DNA from: a plasmid
Reading direction: 5' to 3' (one strand)
Sequence record: CP019900.1
DNA length: 64,000 nt
Part shown: positions 19,611-29,773 of the stretch, piece after piece
Position numbering within the stretch: the first letter of the stretch is position 1
Layout of the letters: each line of letters begins with the position of its first letter
Notes under the pieces: generated by a model
What the model saw: the letters and a program-made list of their open reading frames with translations, nothing else
Told to the model about the DNA's origin: nothing
The model's database searches: none
Position numbers and translations under genes: made by a program

Positions 19611-19685
19611 GCCATGGCGATTTCACATCTAACTTATTGTAATTAGGCAGTTTAGGCTGAGAATTTCAAGGTGAAATCGCCATAG
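19611..19685. promoter_or_regulatory. Inverted repeat GCCATGGCGATTTCAC ... GTGAAATCGCCAT; candidate partition (centromere-like) site
   Basis: 14-bp arms 19613-19626 / 19671-19684 immediately downstream of parB. Confidence 0.3.
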
Positions 19686-19687
19686 TT

Positions 19688-20958
19688 TCACGCCAGTTTC
19701 GCTGCAGGAATATCTGACCATCGTGTCGTATAAGCAGGAGAAAGCATCTCCCGTTTCATCTGCCATTCCGGGGCCATACCCCGCCCCGCAAACCATACTT
19801 TACCCAACCCTGAGTTGTTGATCCCGTCCAGAACCCTCATCAGCTCAGCACTGTGAGGGCGTGGCGGGCGTTCGTCGAACAGCTGCAGCTGCGAAACGCC
19901 GGAGCCGGTGAAGTCATTCAGCATAACTCCGGCTTTGGCATACCGGTGCCCATCCCTCCAGATACGCTCCAGAGCCGTTGTGGCGGCTGCAATGATGTCC
20001 CTGGTGTCCTGAGTGGGTGTAAGAAGTTTTTCCGTAGCCACGTTGCCGTAGTAAGGCTCTTTAATGGCGAACGGAGACGTTTTGATGAAAACGGAAATAT
20101 GCCGGCAATACTGGTGCTCGTTACGCAGTTTTTCAGAGGCCCGCTCTGCGTGCTGACAGATAGCCTGACGGAGTGACTCGTACTCCGTGATCTTAACGCC
20201 AAAACTGCGGCTGCAGACAATTTGCTGTTTCGTCGGAGGGGATTCCTCAAGCGAAAGGCAGCTTTCCCCGTTCAGTTCCCGTACCGTTCGCTCAAGGACG
20301 ACAGAAAAATTTTTGCGGATGAAGGCCGGGTTCGTCAGAGCCAGATCGAGCGCGGTTTTTATGCCCAGCACATTTAGCTTGCGTGCAATACGGTTACCCA
20401 CCCCCAGATTTCTTCAACCGGCTGCAGTGAAAGCAGTTTCCGCGTCCTTTGCGGGTTTCCCATGGTCAGAGCGAGTACGCCACGAAACTGTTTCCACTCT
20501 TTTGAGGCCCACTGGGCTGATTTTGCGAGGGTTTTCGTTGGTCCGGCGCCCACGCCAATGGTCAGGCGGGTACAGTCATACACGTGCTGACGCAGCTGCC
20601 GGCCGAAGTCCTCAAGCCCCATACAGTGCTCCACGCCGGTCAGGTCGAGGAACATCTCATCAATGGAATACTGTTCCACCCTGGGGGCCAGTTCCTCCAG
20701 GCAGTTCATCACGCGCGCCGACATCGAGGCGTAAAGTTCATAATTACTTGAAAACGCATATATTTTTTCCGGGTACCTTTCGTTTTTTATCTGAAACCAC
20801 GGAGTTCCCATTTTGATCCAGGGCTTCGCCTCGGCACTGCGAGCGATTACGTTCCCGTCGTTGTTGCTCAGGACGACTATCGGCTTTCCTTTCAAATCCG
20901 GGCGGAAAACACGTTCACAGCTGGCATAGAAGCTGTTCACATCGGCCAGGGCAAACAT
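19688..20958 (-). pseudogene. umuC: umuC (error-prone polymerase V catalytic subunit) split by a -1 frameshift in a G5 run at ~20390-20400
   Basis: ORFs 20374-20958 and 19688-20401 together match UmuC; ...PVEEIWG|VGNRIARKL is restored by adding one G. Confidence 0.8.
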
Positions 20959-21389
20959 CAGTACATCTCCCTCGGGCGGTGGATGATATGCGTGACGACG
21001 CCAAAGATATCCAGCTCGTCGGGATCAGGATAAATCGGCGACCAGGAGGCATTCATGGGCTGCAGCGTCAGTCGCGGCGTCAGCAGAAGCCGTTTCACCG
21101 TAAACTCCCCCTGTACGCTGGCGACAACGATATCGCCGTGCCGCGGCTTTTCAGCACTGTCCACAACCAGCAGATCGCCATTGTACAGACTGCCGTCGGC
21201 CATGCTGTCTCCGCTGGCACGCAGGTAGTACGTCGCGCTCGGATGCCGTATGCAGTAATCATGGAGATCCAGATCGGACTCGACATAGTCAGCAGCAGGG
21301 CTGGGAAAACCGCAGCTGGCCAGATCGGCAAACAATGGATGGGCCTGTGGCGGGAGTTCTTTCCCGGTGCTGAAAAGTTGTAGCTTCAT
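20958..21389 (-). CDS. umuD: UmuD (LexA-like S24 self-cleaving accessory subunit)
   Basis: Cys-Gly cleavage site (ASCGFPSP), SGDSM and K catalytic dyad; SD CCTCCT complement. Confidence 0.9.
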   Translation of the reverse strand: MKLQLFSTGKELPPQAHPLFADLASCGFPSPAADYVESDLDLHDYCIRHPSATYYLRASGDSMADGSLYNGDLLVVDSAEKPRHGDIVVASVQGEFTVKRLLLTPRLTLQPMNASWSPIYPDPDELDIFGVVTHIIHRPREMY

Positions 21390-21413
21390 CTTTCCTCCTG
21401 ATACTTCAAGTTA

Positions 21414-21429
21414 CTGGTTATATATACAG
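21414..21429 (-). promoter_or_regulatory. LexA SOS box CTGTATATATAACCAG upstream of umuD
   Basis: CTGT-N8-ACAG consensus, 24 bp upstream of the umuD start. Confidence 0.85.
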
Positions 21430-21430
21430 T

Positions 21431-23370
21431 GTGCGCCGGGAGACCGGTAGAGATCAAGGGGTGAAAGTCCCCGACCATTGAAGGACCAGCAATCCACAAG
21501 GTCCCCGAGTCATGCGTTGCATACCGCGAGGTATGGGGCGAAGCGTTGACAGGGGTGTTGACAGGCCAGCCATTGAGCCACGAAATGTATATTAAATTAC
21601 CGGGTGCCGACGTTGTACTGTTAACGGAAGGCAACATCATAGGGTGCGATACTGCGAGTGCCACATGGACCCGGCGGGGTCTGAGACCCTGGCATGTCAA
21701 TACGATCTCTACGCGGGAACCGGGAGATCTCCCCTCTGACCATCTGCCAGTGTCGGAGATGGCCCGCACCGGGAAGACGAGGAGTCATAGCCGGTGATGT
21801 ACGGAGAGGAGAAGTCGGACTCGCTCATAGTAGCGGCGAAGCAGGCGAACAACCCGAAAGGAGCGGAGTCAGTGGAGCGAAGGAGCGGGGCCAAGGGGAA
21901 CGCGGAACAGCCACACATGCGCCGGACACAGAGCCGGGAAAGCATGTCACAGAGGCTGTCACGCGTGCGGGAAGCTGCGAAGCAGCGGAAGAAAGAACGG
22001 TTTACAGCATTGTTCCACCTGCTGACAGTCGAAGCACTGGAAGCCGCATTCCTCTCCCTGAGCAGGAAAGCGGCCGCCGGAGTGGATGGCATCAGGTGGA
22101 TGGACTACGCCGGAAACATGAAGAACAACATAACAGATCTGCACCGGAGGCTACATCAGGGCAGCTACAGGGCGCAGCCCGGCAGGCGTCACTACATCCC
22201 AAAAGCGGATGGAAAACAACGCCCGCTCGGCATCGCCTCGCTGGAGGACAAGATCGTCCAGTATGCGCTGGTGAAAATCCTGAACGCAGTCTATGAAAAC
22301 GACTTTATGGGGTTCTCATACGGGTTCAGACCCGGGCGAAGCCAGCACGATGCACTGGACGCACTGGCCACAGGGCTGGTACGCACTAACGTAAACTGGG
22401 TACTGGATGCCGACATCAGTCAGTTCTTCGACAGGGTGAGCCACGAATGGCTGATCAGGTTCACAGAGCATCGGATCGGCGACCGGAGGGTAATCAGGCT
22501 CATACGTAAGTGGCTCACAGCCGGGACGTCGGAGGAGGGTCAATGGCGAGCAACGGAGGAAGGCACCCCACAGGGTGCGGTCATCTCACCGCTGCTGGCA
22601 AACATATACCTCCACTACGTCTTCGATCTGTGGGCGCATCAGTGGCGACGTCGCTATGCCACAGGCAATGTGGTAATGGTCAGATACGCCGATGACATCG
22701 TCATCGGGTTCGACAAACGATACGATGCCCGGCGCTTCCGTATAGCCATGCAGCGCAGACTGAGGGAGTTCGGACTCACGGTTCACCCGGAGAAAACCCG
22801 TCTGATGGAGTTCGGCCGCTTCGCTGCCGAAAACCGTGCCATCAGGGGAAAAGGCAAACCAGAAACGTTCAACTTCCTCGGGTTCACGCACATCAGCGGG
22901 AAAGATCGCAACGGCAGGTTCATGCTGATACGAAAGACCCGCCGGGATCGGATGACGGCAACTCTGAAAGCCATCAAAGACGGTCTGCGAAGGCGCTGGC
23001 ATTACTCAATCCCCGAACAGGGAAAATGGCTCAGGAGAGTGGTTCAGGGATACCTGAACTATCACTCGGTACCGGGCAACTTCCCCACCATGCAGAAGTT
23101 CAGGACACACGTAACAAACCTCTGGCGCCGGGCGCTCAGGCGCAGGAGCCAGAAGGATGATACGACCTGGACGAAAGCAAACAAACTGGCAGCCGCATGG
23201 CTACCAAGGGTTCGGGTTCTTCATCCATGGCCTGTGGAGCGGTTCACCGCCAGACACCCGAGGCAGGAGCCCGGTGCGTAAATCGCGCACGCCGGGATCT
23301 GTGCGGGGGTATCCGGTAACGGGTATCCCTACCGCGACATATTTAACGGAGTGACGATAATCCAGATCGC
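21431..23370 (+). mobile_element. Group II intron (5' GUGCG at 21431; domains I-IV, intron-encoded protein in DIV, DV/DVI after the ORF); 3' boundary approximate
   Basis: GTGCGCC 5' end, ~360 nt structured GC-rich RNA region before the RT ORF, RT/maturase ORF, ~90 nt after the stop. Confidence 0.75.
21794..23281 (+). CDS. Group II intron reverse transcriptase/maturase (no endonuclease domain evident)
   Basis: RT motifs including YADD (RYADDIVIG), maturase X domain; 495 aa. Confidence 0.9.
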   Translation: MMYGEEKSDSLIVAAKQANNPKGAESVERRSGAKGNAEQPHMRRTQSRESMSQRLSRVREAAKQRKKERFTALFHLLTVEALEAAFLSLSRKAAAGVDGIRWMDYAGNMKNNITDLHRRLHQGSYRAQPGRRHYIPKADGKQRPLGIASLEDKIVQYALVKILNAVYENDFMGFSYGFRPGRSQHDALDALATGLVRTNVNWVLDADISQFFDRVSHEWLIRFTEHRIGDRRVIRLIRKWLTAGTSEEGQWRATEEGTPQGAVISPLLANIYLHYVFDLWAHQWRRRYATGNVVMVRYADDIVIGFDKRYDARRFRIAMQRRLREFGLTVHPEKTRLMEFGRFAAENRAIRGKGKPETFNFLGFTHISGKDRNGRFMLIRKTRRDRMTATLKAIKDGLRRRWHYSIPEQGKWLRRVVQGYLNYHSVPGNFPTMQKFRTHVTNLWRRALRRRSQKDDTTWTKANKLAAAWLPRVRVLHPWPVERFTARHPRQEPGA

Positions 23371-23380
23371 CTTCAGTACG

Positions 23381-23520
23381 AACATTTTGAGTAAATAAAG
23401 GTGCTCAAAATGCTGTTATTAATCATTTTGATATTTTTATATTGCTCATATTGAGAAATATTGCTTTGATTTTTTCATTTTGCTCTTATAATTGGTATCA
23501 AATTGAGTGTAATTAACGGA
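23381..23520. repeat. AT-rich region with repeated CATTTTG / CAAAATG motifs; candidate parC-like centromere/promoter of the ParMR system
   Basis: At least 5 copies of TCATTTTG-like motifs in direct and inverted orientation upstream of parM. Confidence 0.4.
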
Positions 23521-23525
23521 GCATA

Positions 23526-24500
23526 TTGATGAATATTTACTGCGATGATGGTTCAACTAATGTTAAGCTGGCATGGTTTGAAGGAGATGAGCTTCAGACC
23601 CGGGTATCTGCTAACTCCTTCCGGCATGGCTGGAAAGTGGCTGAATTCAGTGCGGCAACGTTCAATTATCAGGTGGGCACGCTGAAATACACCTGGGACA
23701 GTGTCAGCCGGGATGCCATCCCGACAACAAACGTGGAATATCAGTACGGTGATCTCAACCTGCTGGCCGTGCATCATGCGCTGCTGAACAGCGGACTGGA
23801 GCCGCAGCCGGTGAGCCTGACCGTGACGCTGCCCCTGAGCGAGTATTACGACGGGGACTGCCAGCGGAACGAGGAGAACATACGACGCAAACGGGAAAAC
23901 CTGATGCGTGAGCTGGTTCTGAATAAGGGCAGGGCATTTACCGTAACGGACGTGAAGGTGATGCCGGAATCACTGCCGGCGGCGTTCTCCCGTCTCGCGG
24001 AGCTGAAGCCCGGCCCCGCTGAGACAACCCTGATTATCGATCTCGGTGGCACCACGCTCGATGCCGGTGTGATTGTCGGCCAGTTTGATGATATCAGTGC
24101 GGTGCACGGTAATCCGTCTGTCGGCGTGTCACAGGTCACCCGGGCAGCTGCAGGCGCGCTGCGGGCGGCAGACAGCGAAACCAGCGCCCTCATCGCTGAC
24201 ACTATCATCCGCAACCGCAATGATCGTCAGTATCTGCTGCGTGTGATCAACGATGCCGGTAAAATTGACGAGGTTCGGAACAAAATTACAGAGGCAATCA
24301 CCTCCCTGGGCGCGCGTGTCACCAGTGAGCTGACGGCCTTCAGGAACGTTAACCGGGTATTCCTGGTCGGGGGAGGGGCATCCCTCATTGAAGAGGCTAT
24401 CCGTCAGGCCTGGCCTCTGGCTCCTGACCGTATCGAGGTTATAGGCGATCCGCAAATGGCGCTGGCCAGGGAGATTGCCCTTTACAATAAAGAGGACTAA
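23526..24500 (+). CDS. parM: Actin-like partition ATPase ParM/StbA (type II)
   Basis: Similarity to R1 ParM (IDDGSTNIKL, PESIPAGYE..., IIDLGGTTLD motifs). Confidence 0.85.
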   Translation: MMNIYCDDGSTNVKLAWFEGDELQTRVSANSFRHGWKVAEFSAATFNYQVGTLKYTWDSVSRDAIPTTNVEYQYGDLNLLAVHHALLNSGLEPQPVSLTVTLPLSEYYDGDCQRNEENIRRKRENLMRELVLNKGRAFTVTDVKVMPESLPAAFSRLAELKPGPAETTLIIDLGGTTLDAGVIVGQFDDISAVHGNPSVGVSQVTRAAAGALRAADSETSALIADTIIRNRNDRQYLLRVINDAGKIDEVRNKITEAITSLGARVTSELTAFRNVNRVFLVGGGASLIEEAIRQAWPLAPDRIEVIGDPQMALAREIALYNKED

Positions 24501-24502
24501 AC

Positions 24503-25174
24503 GTGCCGGACGGCCAGTATTCTTTCTATCTGCACAGCGACGATCGCACCGACATCGCGGCAATGGCAACCATCAGCACCATCTCACAGCCCCTGCGCGG
24601 TGAGTTCATCCGTACCGCCGCCACCGCCGGGGCGGTGGTATACCAGGTGGATGCCCGTTTACCGGCGCTGATCCCTGTGTTCTTTGCCGGGCAGCTGAGC
24701 GCTGTCCGCCTTTGCGCCGTGATGGCCCTGGTCTCCGGAACCTGGTCCTCACTCACCGGCCTTCCGGATGAGCCCGAAAATGGTGAGGCTGCTCTGCCCG
24801 TGTCACCGGAGACAGAATACCAGCGCCGGCGTTACACCCTGACGCTTCAGAATGGCCGGAGTGGAGAACGGGTGGAAAGTGTGCTGACGGAGGCGTCATC
24901 CCGTCTGCGTGGCGATCTGCTGAGAAACCTGATTATCACCGGTCTTGCCCTCCACACGACGGCACCGGAGCTGCCGCGCCTGCTGGCCAGTATGCCGGTA
25001 CAGCCCACCTCGGTCAGTGAGCTGCAGGCACTGGTTCAGCAGATGGCCGGCACCGCTGACGTGAACAGGGCTGCAGCTGCAGTACCGGATACGCCGGCAG
25101 CATCTGCCGCGCCGGTGTCCGGGTCGGATACCCGGGAAATAAAGAAAAATATGCGGCGTGCATTCGGTGACTAA
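24503..25174 (+). CDS. ParR/StbB-like adaptor (long variant)
   Basis: Position immediately downstream of parM; no strong similarity seen, assigned by context. Confidence 0.45.
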   Translation: MPDGQYSFYLHSDDRTDIAAMATISTISQPLRGEFIRTAATAGAVVYQVDARLPALIPVFFAGQLSAVRLCAVMALVSGTWSSLTGLPDEPENGEAALPVSPETEYQRRRYTLTLQNGRSGERVESVLTEASSRLRGDLLRNLIITGLALHTTAPELPRLLASMPVQPTSVSELQALVQQMAGTADVNRAAAAVPDTPAASAAPVSGSDTREIKKNMRRAFGD

Positions 25175-25234
25175 CAACGAATCACATCCACTACTACACC
25201 GATTTCAAATGACTGGCATCCCAGGGAGGTTTTC

Positions 25235-25465
25235 ATGTCACCAGGATTCAGAAATGTTCTCCGTCTCGCCCGCATTCCCGTCGACAGCAGTGAACCGGTG
25301 CGCAGAAAATTTGGCAGCCGGCTGATTGGCATTGTGACGATATGTCTGCTTCCGCTTCTGGTTTTCGACGTTCCGCAGTGGGTTTTCATTTTGTCGCAGA
25401 TCATCTGGGGGGCGGGCGTCTATATTGGCCTGTCCGTGGCCGGGGATAAATCCCTGAACCGCTGA
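25235..25465 (+). CDS. Small membrane protein (76 aa)
   Basis: GGGAGG SD; two hydrophobic helices; terminator-like hairpin after the stop. Confidence 0.45.
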   Translation: MSPGFRNVLRLARIPVDSSEPVRRKFGSRLIGIVTICLLPLLVFDVPQWVFILSQIIWGAGVYIGLSVAGDKSLNR

Positions 25466-25901
25466 TACAAACTTTCTTGTTGTTCAAAAAAAGAACAGGC
25501 GTGGTGGCGTCTGTTCTCCCGCGCTTCTCCGTCGTTTGCCTTCAGGTTATCCACAATTTTAAGCCCCGGATTTGTGGACAGGTATGCCGGTAATTCCCCG
25601 TTCGCCTGGAGTTAACGCAAGCCTGCCGCCTGCTGCCAGTGTCTCGCGTCCGGTCTGGTACGGGACGGGCGGTTTTTCCGCTCCGGCCCGGCGTCGTTGA
25701 GAGTGTACGCCAGTCCCTCGCCCTTTTAAGGAACGCCCTTCAAGCCGCTTTCGCGGCATATCCTTGCCGTCGAAAAGACGGACGGCTGCGGTATTCCACG
25801 GTCGGCCTGACCCGTGACCGGACGCGATGAACAGGCAGCGTGCGGCAGGGAACGGTATCGCGGTGATGCCTCCTGCCCCCTCTGACTACAGGAGTGCTGC
25901 C

Positions 25902-26603
25902 ATGTCCAGATTCATTCTCGGGAACTGTATTGATGTGATGCGCGGATTCCCCGACCGTGCCGTTGACCTTATCGTGACCGACCCGCCTTATTTAGTGGGC
26001 TTTAAGGACCGTCAGGGCAGACAGATTGCCGGGGATGTGACGGACGAATGGCTGCAACCGGCCACGCTGGAGATGTATCGCGTCCTTAAAAAAGACGCGC
26101 TGATGGTGAGCTTCTACGGCTGGAACCGTGTGGACCGCTTTATGGCCGCGTGGAAGGCGGCAGGATTCTATGCCGTGGGCCAGCTTGTGTTCACCAAAAA
26201 CTATGCCTCCAACCGTCGTAACGCCAGGGCCCGACGCGGATTTGTGGACTACTGCCATGAAGGGGCTTATGTCCTTGCCAAAGGCCGCCCCGTGCCGCCC
26301 CTTAAACCGCTGCCGGATGTGCTGCCCTTCCCGTATACCGGTAATGCCCTGCATCCGACGCAGAAACCGGTGGAGGCGCTACAGCCGCTGATTGAGTCAT
26401 TCAGCGCCCCGGGCGCGATTGTTCTCGACCCGTTTGCCGGAAGCGGTTCGACCTGCGTCGCTGCATACCGCGCCGGACGCCGCTATATCGGCATCGAAAT
26501 GCTGGCGCAGCACCACCGGGCCGGAACCGAACGACTGGCCGCCATGCACCGGGCCGTCAATACCCCCGCGGCGAACGATGAATGGCTCCCGGAGGCCGCG
26601 TAA
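25902..26603 (+). CDS. Orphan DNA methyltransferase (N6A/N4C beta-class, DPPY motif), typical of IncF leading regions
   Basis: DPPY (VTDPPYLVGF) and C-terminal FAGSGST SAM-binding motif; start at MSRFILGNCID with AGGAG SD. Confidence 0.8.
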   Translation: MSRFILGNCIDVMRGFPDRAVDLIVTDPPYLVGFKDRQGRQIAGDVTDEWLQPATLEMYRVLKKDALMVSFYGWNRVDRFMAAWKAAGFYAVGQLVFTKNYASNRRNARARRGFVDYCHEGAYVLAKGRPVPPLKPLPDVLPFPYTGNALHPTQKPVEALQPLIESFSAPGAIVLDPFAGSGSTCVAAYRAGRRYIGIEMLAQHHRAGTERLAAMHRAVNTPAANDEWLPEAA

Positions 26604-26824
26604 TGAATTACGACGGACACGAAGCCCTGCGCCGCGATATGGCCGGGCTGGCGAACAATCTTTGCGACCTGAAAACCACCCTGAAAGTGCTGGAAGACAC
26701 GTATCACTACCGGTACGACGGACTGGCGGAACGGCTTGCCGGTATCAGTCTGCGACGTCTCAGCGTCCTGATGGATGAGGCGTTCAATATTGCACTGATG
26801 CTCGATGAAAGCTTTCTGGACTGA
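26603..26824 (+). CDS. Hypothetical 73-aa protein (leading region)
   Basis: Translationally coupled to the MTase stop. Confidence 0.4.
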   Translation: MNYDGHEALRRDMAGLANNLCDLKTTLKVLEDTYHYRYDGLAERLAGISLRRLSVLMDEAFNIALMLDESFLD

Positions 26825-26833
26825 GGAGAGAAC

Positions 26834-27253
26834 ATGTACGGAAGCCGTGAAGACCTTTGCAGGATGCTGAGTGAGCAATATCCCGCGGAAACCCCGCTGA
26901 ACCTGATTATCTGGACCCCGGCGGATATTGAGGCGCTGGCTGACGGGATGGAATATCCGTTTTCAGAACAGGACGTAAGGGCAGTACTGGAACGCATGGA
27001 TGTCATACCGGAAGAACAACGGCTTGAGTCGGGTGTGTCAGCCGGCCTGGTGATGGCACTGATAGACCAGGTGAAAGAGAACGGGCAGAGGGTGACTGTG
27101 CCGGTTGACCTGCTTGAAACCCTGCTGATTACCGCCGAACAGGCATTGTGGGACAGGGAATGGACCGCACGGGATCGCAATCTCCCGGTGCCGGAAAGCG
27201 TAATGCGCCGCCTGGCGGATACAGCAAAAGTGCGGGCATTACTGAAAAGCTGA
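26834..27253 (+). CDS. Hypothetical 139-aa protein (leading region)
   Basis: ORF with SD GGAGAG. Confidence 0.5.
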   Translation: MYGSREDLCRMLSEQYPAETPLNLIIWTPADIEALADGMEYPFSEQDVRAVLERMDVIPEEQRLESGVSAGLVMALIDQVKENGQRVTVPVDLLETLLITAEQALWDREWTARDRNLPVPESVMRRLADTAKVRALLKS

Positions 27254-27306
27254 CAGCAGATCGCCCCGCCACGCTGCGGGGTGATATACCCCGGACAGAG
27301 ACGATA

Positions 27307-28074
27307 ATGATGAAAAATGAAACCCTTAACACGCTTATTCTGCGTCACGGCGACCGGATGCTGCGCCAGGCTGGCTGGCCCGACACTGTTGATATGGCGC
27401 CCGTCGCACCCGAAACCGTACCCGGCTGGCTTGCCGCCTGCGGCTCTCTCAGTGGCGTGGAAATCCTAACGCTTACAGAACTGCTTTGTCAGCCGCTGAC
27501 GTATGGCCGGGCTGCATTGTTGCTCGCCAGCGCCCGGCGACTGGCGGGAACCCCGGCTCGTCTGCACCTCTTTCCGGTGCAGGCACATCCGCATCCGGAG
27601 CGGCTGGCTGACTGTCAGGTTATCCGCCTGCCTTACGCTCAGGAGTGGCTGACGGCGGCGGAATGTGACGATCTGCTGGCCTTCCTGAAAGCCTCCCTCA
27701 CGCAGATAACGGAAATCGTCCACCGGGATACGAAGCGCATCGCCGCCGCGCTGAAGCCGTCCGTCACTCCTCGTCTGATGGACAGGCGGATCGGTGACTG
27801 GCGCTTGCTGGCCGATGAGTATGATCATGACAACTGGCTGGACGAAGACGAGACCGACAGGCTGGATAAGGTCCTCGATGCCATTCTGATTCGCGATGCG
27901 CGATTCTGCCCGGTTCTGCTCACCCTGGTTAACGAGCGGGAGGAAACTATCAGGAGCGCAGGGGTTATCACTGATCAGCTGCGTTTTACGGACACTCCGG
28001 TCCGGCGCTGGTTTGATCGCCGGGTTTTAAGGGATGTGGTGAGAGAGGCCCGCGCCATCAAAACTCAGGACTGA
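27307..28074 (+). CDS. Hypothetical 255-aa protein (leading region)
   Basis: Start at MMKNETLN; GC-rich coding. Confidence 0.5.
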   Translation: MMKNETLNTLILRHGDRMLRQAGWPDTVDMAPVAPETVPGWLAACGSLSGVEILTLTELLCQPLTYGRAALLLASARRLAGTPARLHLFPVQAHPHPERLADCQVIRLPYAQEWLTAAECDDLLAFLKASLTQITEIVHRDTKRIAAALKPSVTPRLMDRRIGDWRLLADEYDHDNWLDEDETDRLDKVLDAILIRDARFCPVLLTLVNEREETIRSAGVITDQLRFTDTPVRRWFDRRVLRDVVREARAIKTQD

Positions 28075-28199
28075 CAGCCCGGCGCATCAGGGGAGGGGGA
28101 CCCTCCCTTGTCAGCCTGCCGGCACAGGAGGAGTGGTGCGATAAGGATGTCGCCGTGCCGGCTCCGAGTCCTCCCGGCCCGGTTTCCGGGCCTTTTGGG

Positions 28200-28560
28200 T
28201 GAAAACAACCCTCTGTTATCACCGTGCCGTGTGCGGGATGCGCCGAGCCTTCACTGTAGCCCGGCTGCGGCAGAGGCAGGCGTTCGCTGGCGCCCCCATC
28301 TCCGGATAAGGACGTCGCCGGCTTGCCGTTGCCGCCGGCTCCGCTTCACCCGGCCCCATCCCTCCGGTCTGTGGCCTTATTCCTGCGTCTGTCGCGTCGC
28401 GACATCTGCTTCCGCTTTTCTCCCTGTGGTCGAAAAACGGGGGGAGAAACCCTGTATTCAACCTCCTGCATCGCGACGGGTAGTGCCGTGCCTTCACTTT
28501 AGCCCGGCTGCTGCAGATGCAAGGGTTCGCTGACGCCGCCATCCTCGCCCGGTCGCAGTT
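28200..28560. repeat. GC-rich non-coding region with ~50-bp direct repeats (GCCTTCACTGTAGCCCGGCTGCGGCAGAGGCAGGCGTTCGCTGGCGCC at ~28245 and a variant at ~28492)
   Basis: Direct repeats read from the sequence; no credible ORF. Confidence 0.5.
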
Positions 28561-28753
28561 TTTTTATGGTGCTCGCCGTTCTTCCCGTCGTTTTCTCGCT
28601 CAGGTTTCGCTCGAAAACCGTCCAGACCCGCTTCGCGCTTTTTCTGCGCTGCGGCCTCCGGTGTCGCCCCTGCATCTTCCGCTTTCCGCCGGGCTGACGT
28701 GTCGGCACGGCACAACCCGGTGCCGCAGTCCATGTGATTACGGAGGTTTTACC

Positions 28754-29182
28754 ATGCAGTATGTGACAACACGCCCCGTCCTGAATGTTGAAGAGTGTGA
28801 CCGCCTGTCTTTTATGCCCTACATGTTCGGCGCTGATTTTATGCTCGCAGAATTACAGGTGTACGCTCTGGCCAAAAAATGGATGCCCGGATATGAGGGG
28901 GGCTTCTGGCATTTCATCCGCCTGCCGGAGGGCGGTGGTTACATGATGCCGGATTGTGGCCGGGTTCATCTGGTCAACAGTGAAAACTGGTTTGATCGCA
29001 TTGTGAGCGCCGACGCAGCGGGCATTATTCTGACATCGCTGGCCGTTAACCGTCGTCTGGCGGCCCATCATGACAGCAGTAACCCGGCACTGACCCGCCT
29101 TTATATGCTGCGTGATGCCCAGCTCTGGAATCACATCACCCTTCACCCGGAATGCAACGCCATTTACGCCGCGCTGGACTGA
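28754..29182 (+). CDS. klcA: Antirestriction protein ArdB/KlcA family (copy 1)
   Basis: Similarity to KlcA (GGFWHF..., VSADAAGIILTSLAVN); SD GGAGG. Confidence 0.8.
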   Translation: MQYVTTRPVLNVEECDRLSFMPYMFGADFMLAELQVYALAKKWMPGYEGGFWHFIRLPEGGGYMMPDCGRVHLVNSENWFDRIVSADAAGIILTSLAVNRRLAAHHDSSNPALTRLYMLRDAQLWNHITLHPECNAIYAALD

Positions 29183-29224
29183 TTAACGACCGGGGCGGCC
29201 ATGCCGCCCCGCAGGGAGATAAAA

Positions 29225-29731
29225 ATGACTTCATCAGTAACCGTTCCGGCCGTCTACGTGGGCACATATCACCAGTACAACGGCGGCAGTATTTTTGGCA
29301 AATGGTTTGATTTAACCGATTTCGACGACGAAGACGAATTTTATGACGCCTGCCGGGCGTTGCATGCCGCCGAGGATGACCCCGAGTTTATGTTTCAGGA
29401 CTGGGAAGGGATCCCGTCTCAGTTTGCCTCTGAATCCTCTGTTAAGTGGGCGTTTATCGAGGCATTCCGGCAGGCTCAGGACGAAGGACGCGCCGCCGCG
29501 TTTGTGGCCTGGGCGGAATATACCGGCGAGTGCGACTATGACGCCTTTGATGATGCGTATTGTGGCGAGGCTGAAAGCGAGGAGGATTTTGCTTATGGCT
29601 TTGTGGAGGATCACGGCCTGTTAAACGAGGTGCCTGAATCCCTGCGCGTCTATTTCGATTATGAGGCTTACGCGCGGGATCTGTTCAGCAGCGGCTATGT
29701 CTTCCATGAAGGCTATGTATTCAGCAACTGA
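29225..29731 (+). CDS. ardA: Antirestriction protein ArdA (acidic DNA mimic, anti-type I R-M)
   Basis: VPAVYVGTYHQYNGGSIFGKWFDLTDFDDEDEF N-terminus characteristic of ArdA; very acidic. Confidence 0.85.
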   Translation: MTSSVTVPAVYVGTYHQYNGGSIFGKWFDLTDFDDEDEFYDACRALHAAEDDPEFMFQDWEGIPSQFASESSVKWAFIEAFRQAQDEGRAAAFVAWAEYTGECDYDAFDDAYCGEAESEEDFAYGFVEDHGLLNEVPESLRVYFDYEAYARDLFSSGYVFHEGYVFSN

Positions 29732-29773
29732 TTACTATCCGGCGGGGAAGCCCGCCGGTTAAGGAGAAAGCAC

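Noticed and set aside
21386-22296. ORFs 21386-21769(-), 21546-21797(+), 21694-22296(+), 21709-22092(-)
   Set aside because: They lie within the structured 5' RNA domains of the group II intron or out of frame with the RT ORF; non-coding or alternative-frame artefacts.
28108-28733. ORFs of 141, 107, 79 and 69 aa in both strands within 28.1-28.7 kb
   Set aside because: The region is GC-rich with direct repeats and hairpins typical of leading-region structured DNA. Codon usage is Ala/Arg/Pro-dominated in every frame, and the real klcA start is at 28754.
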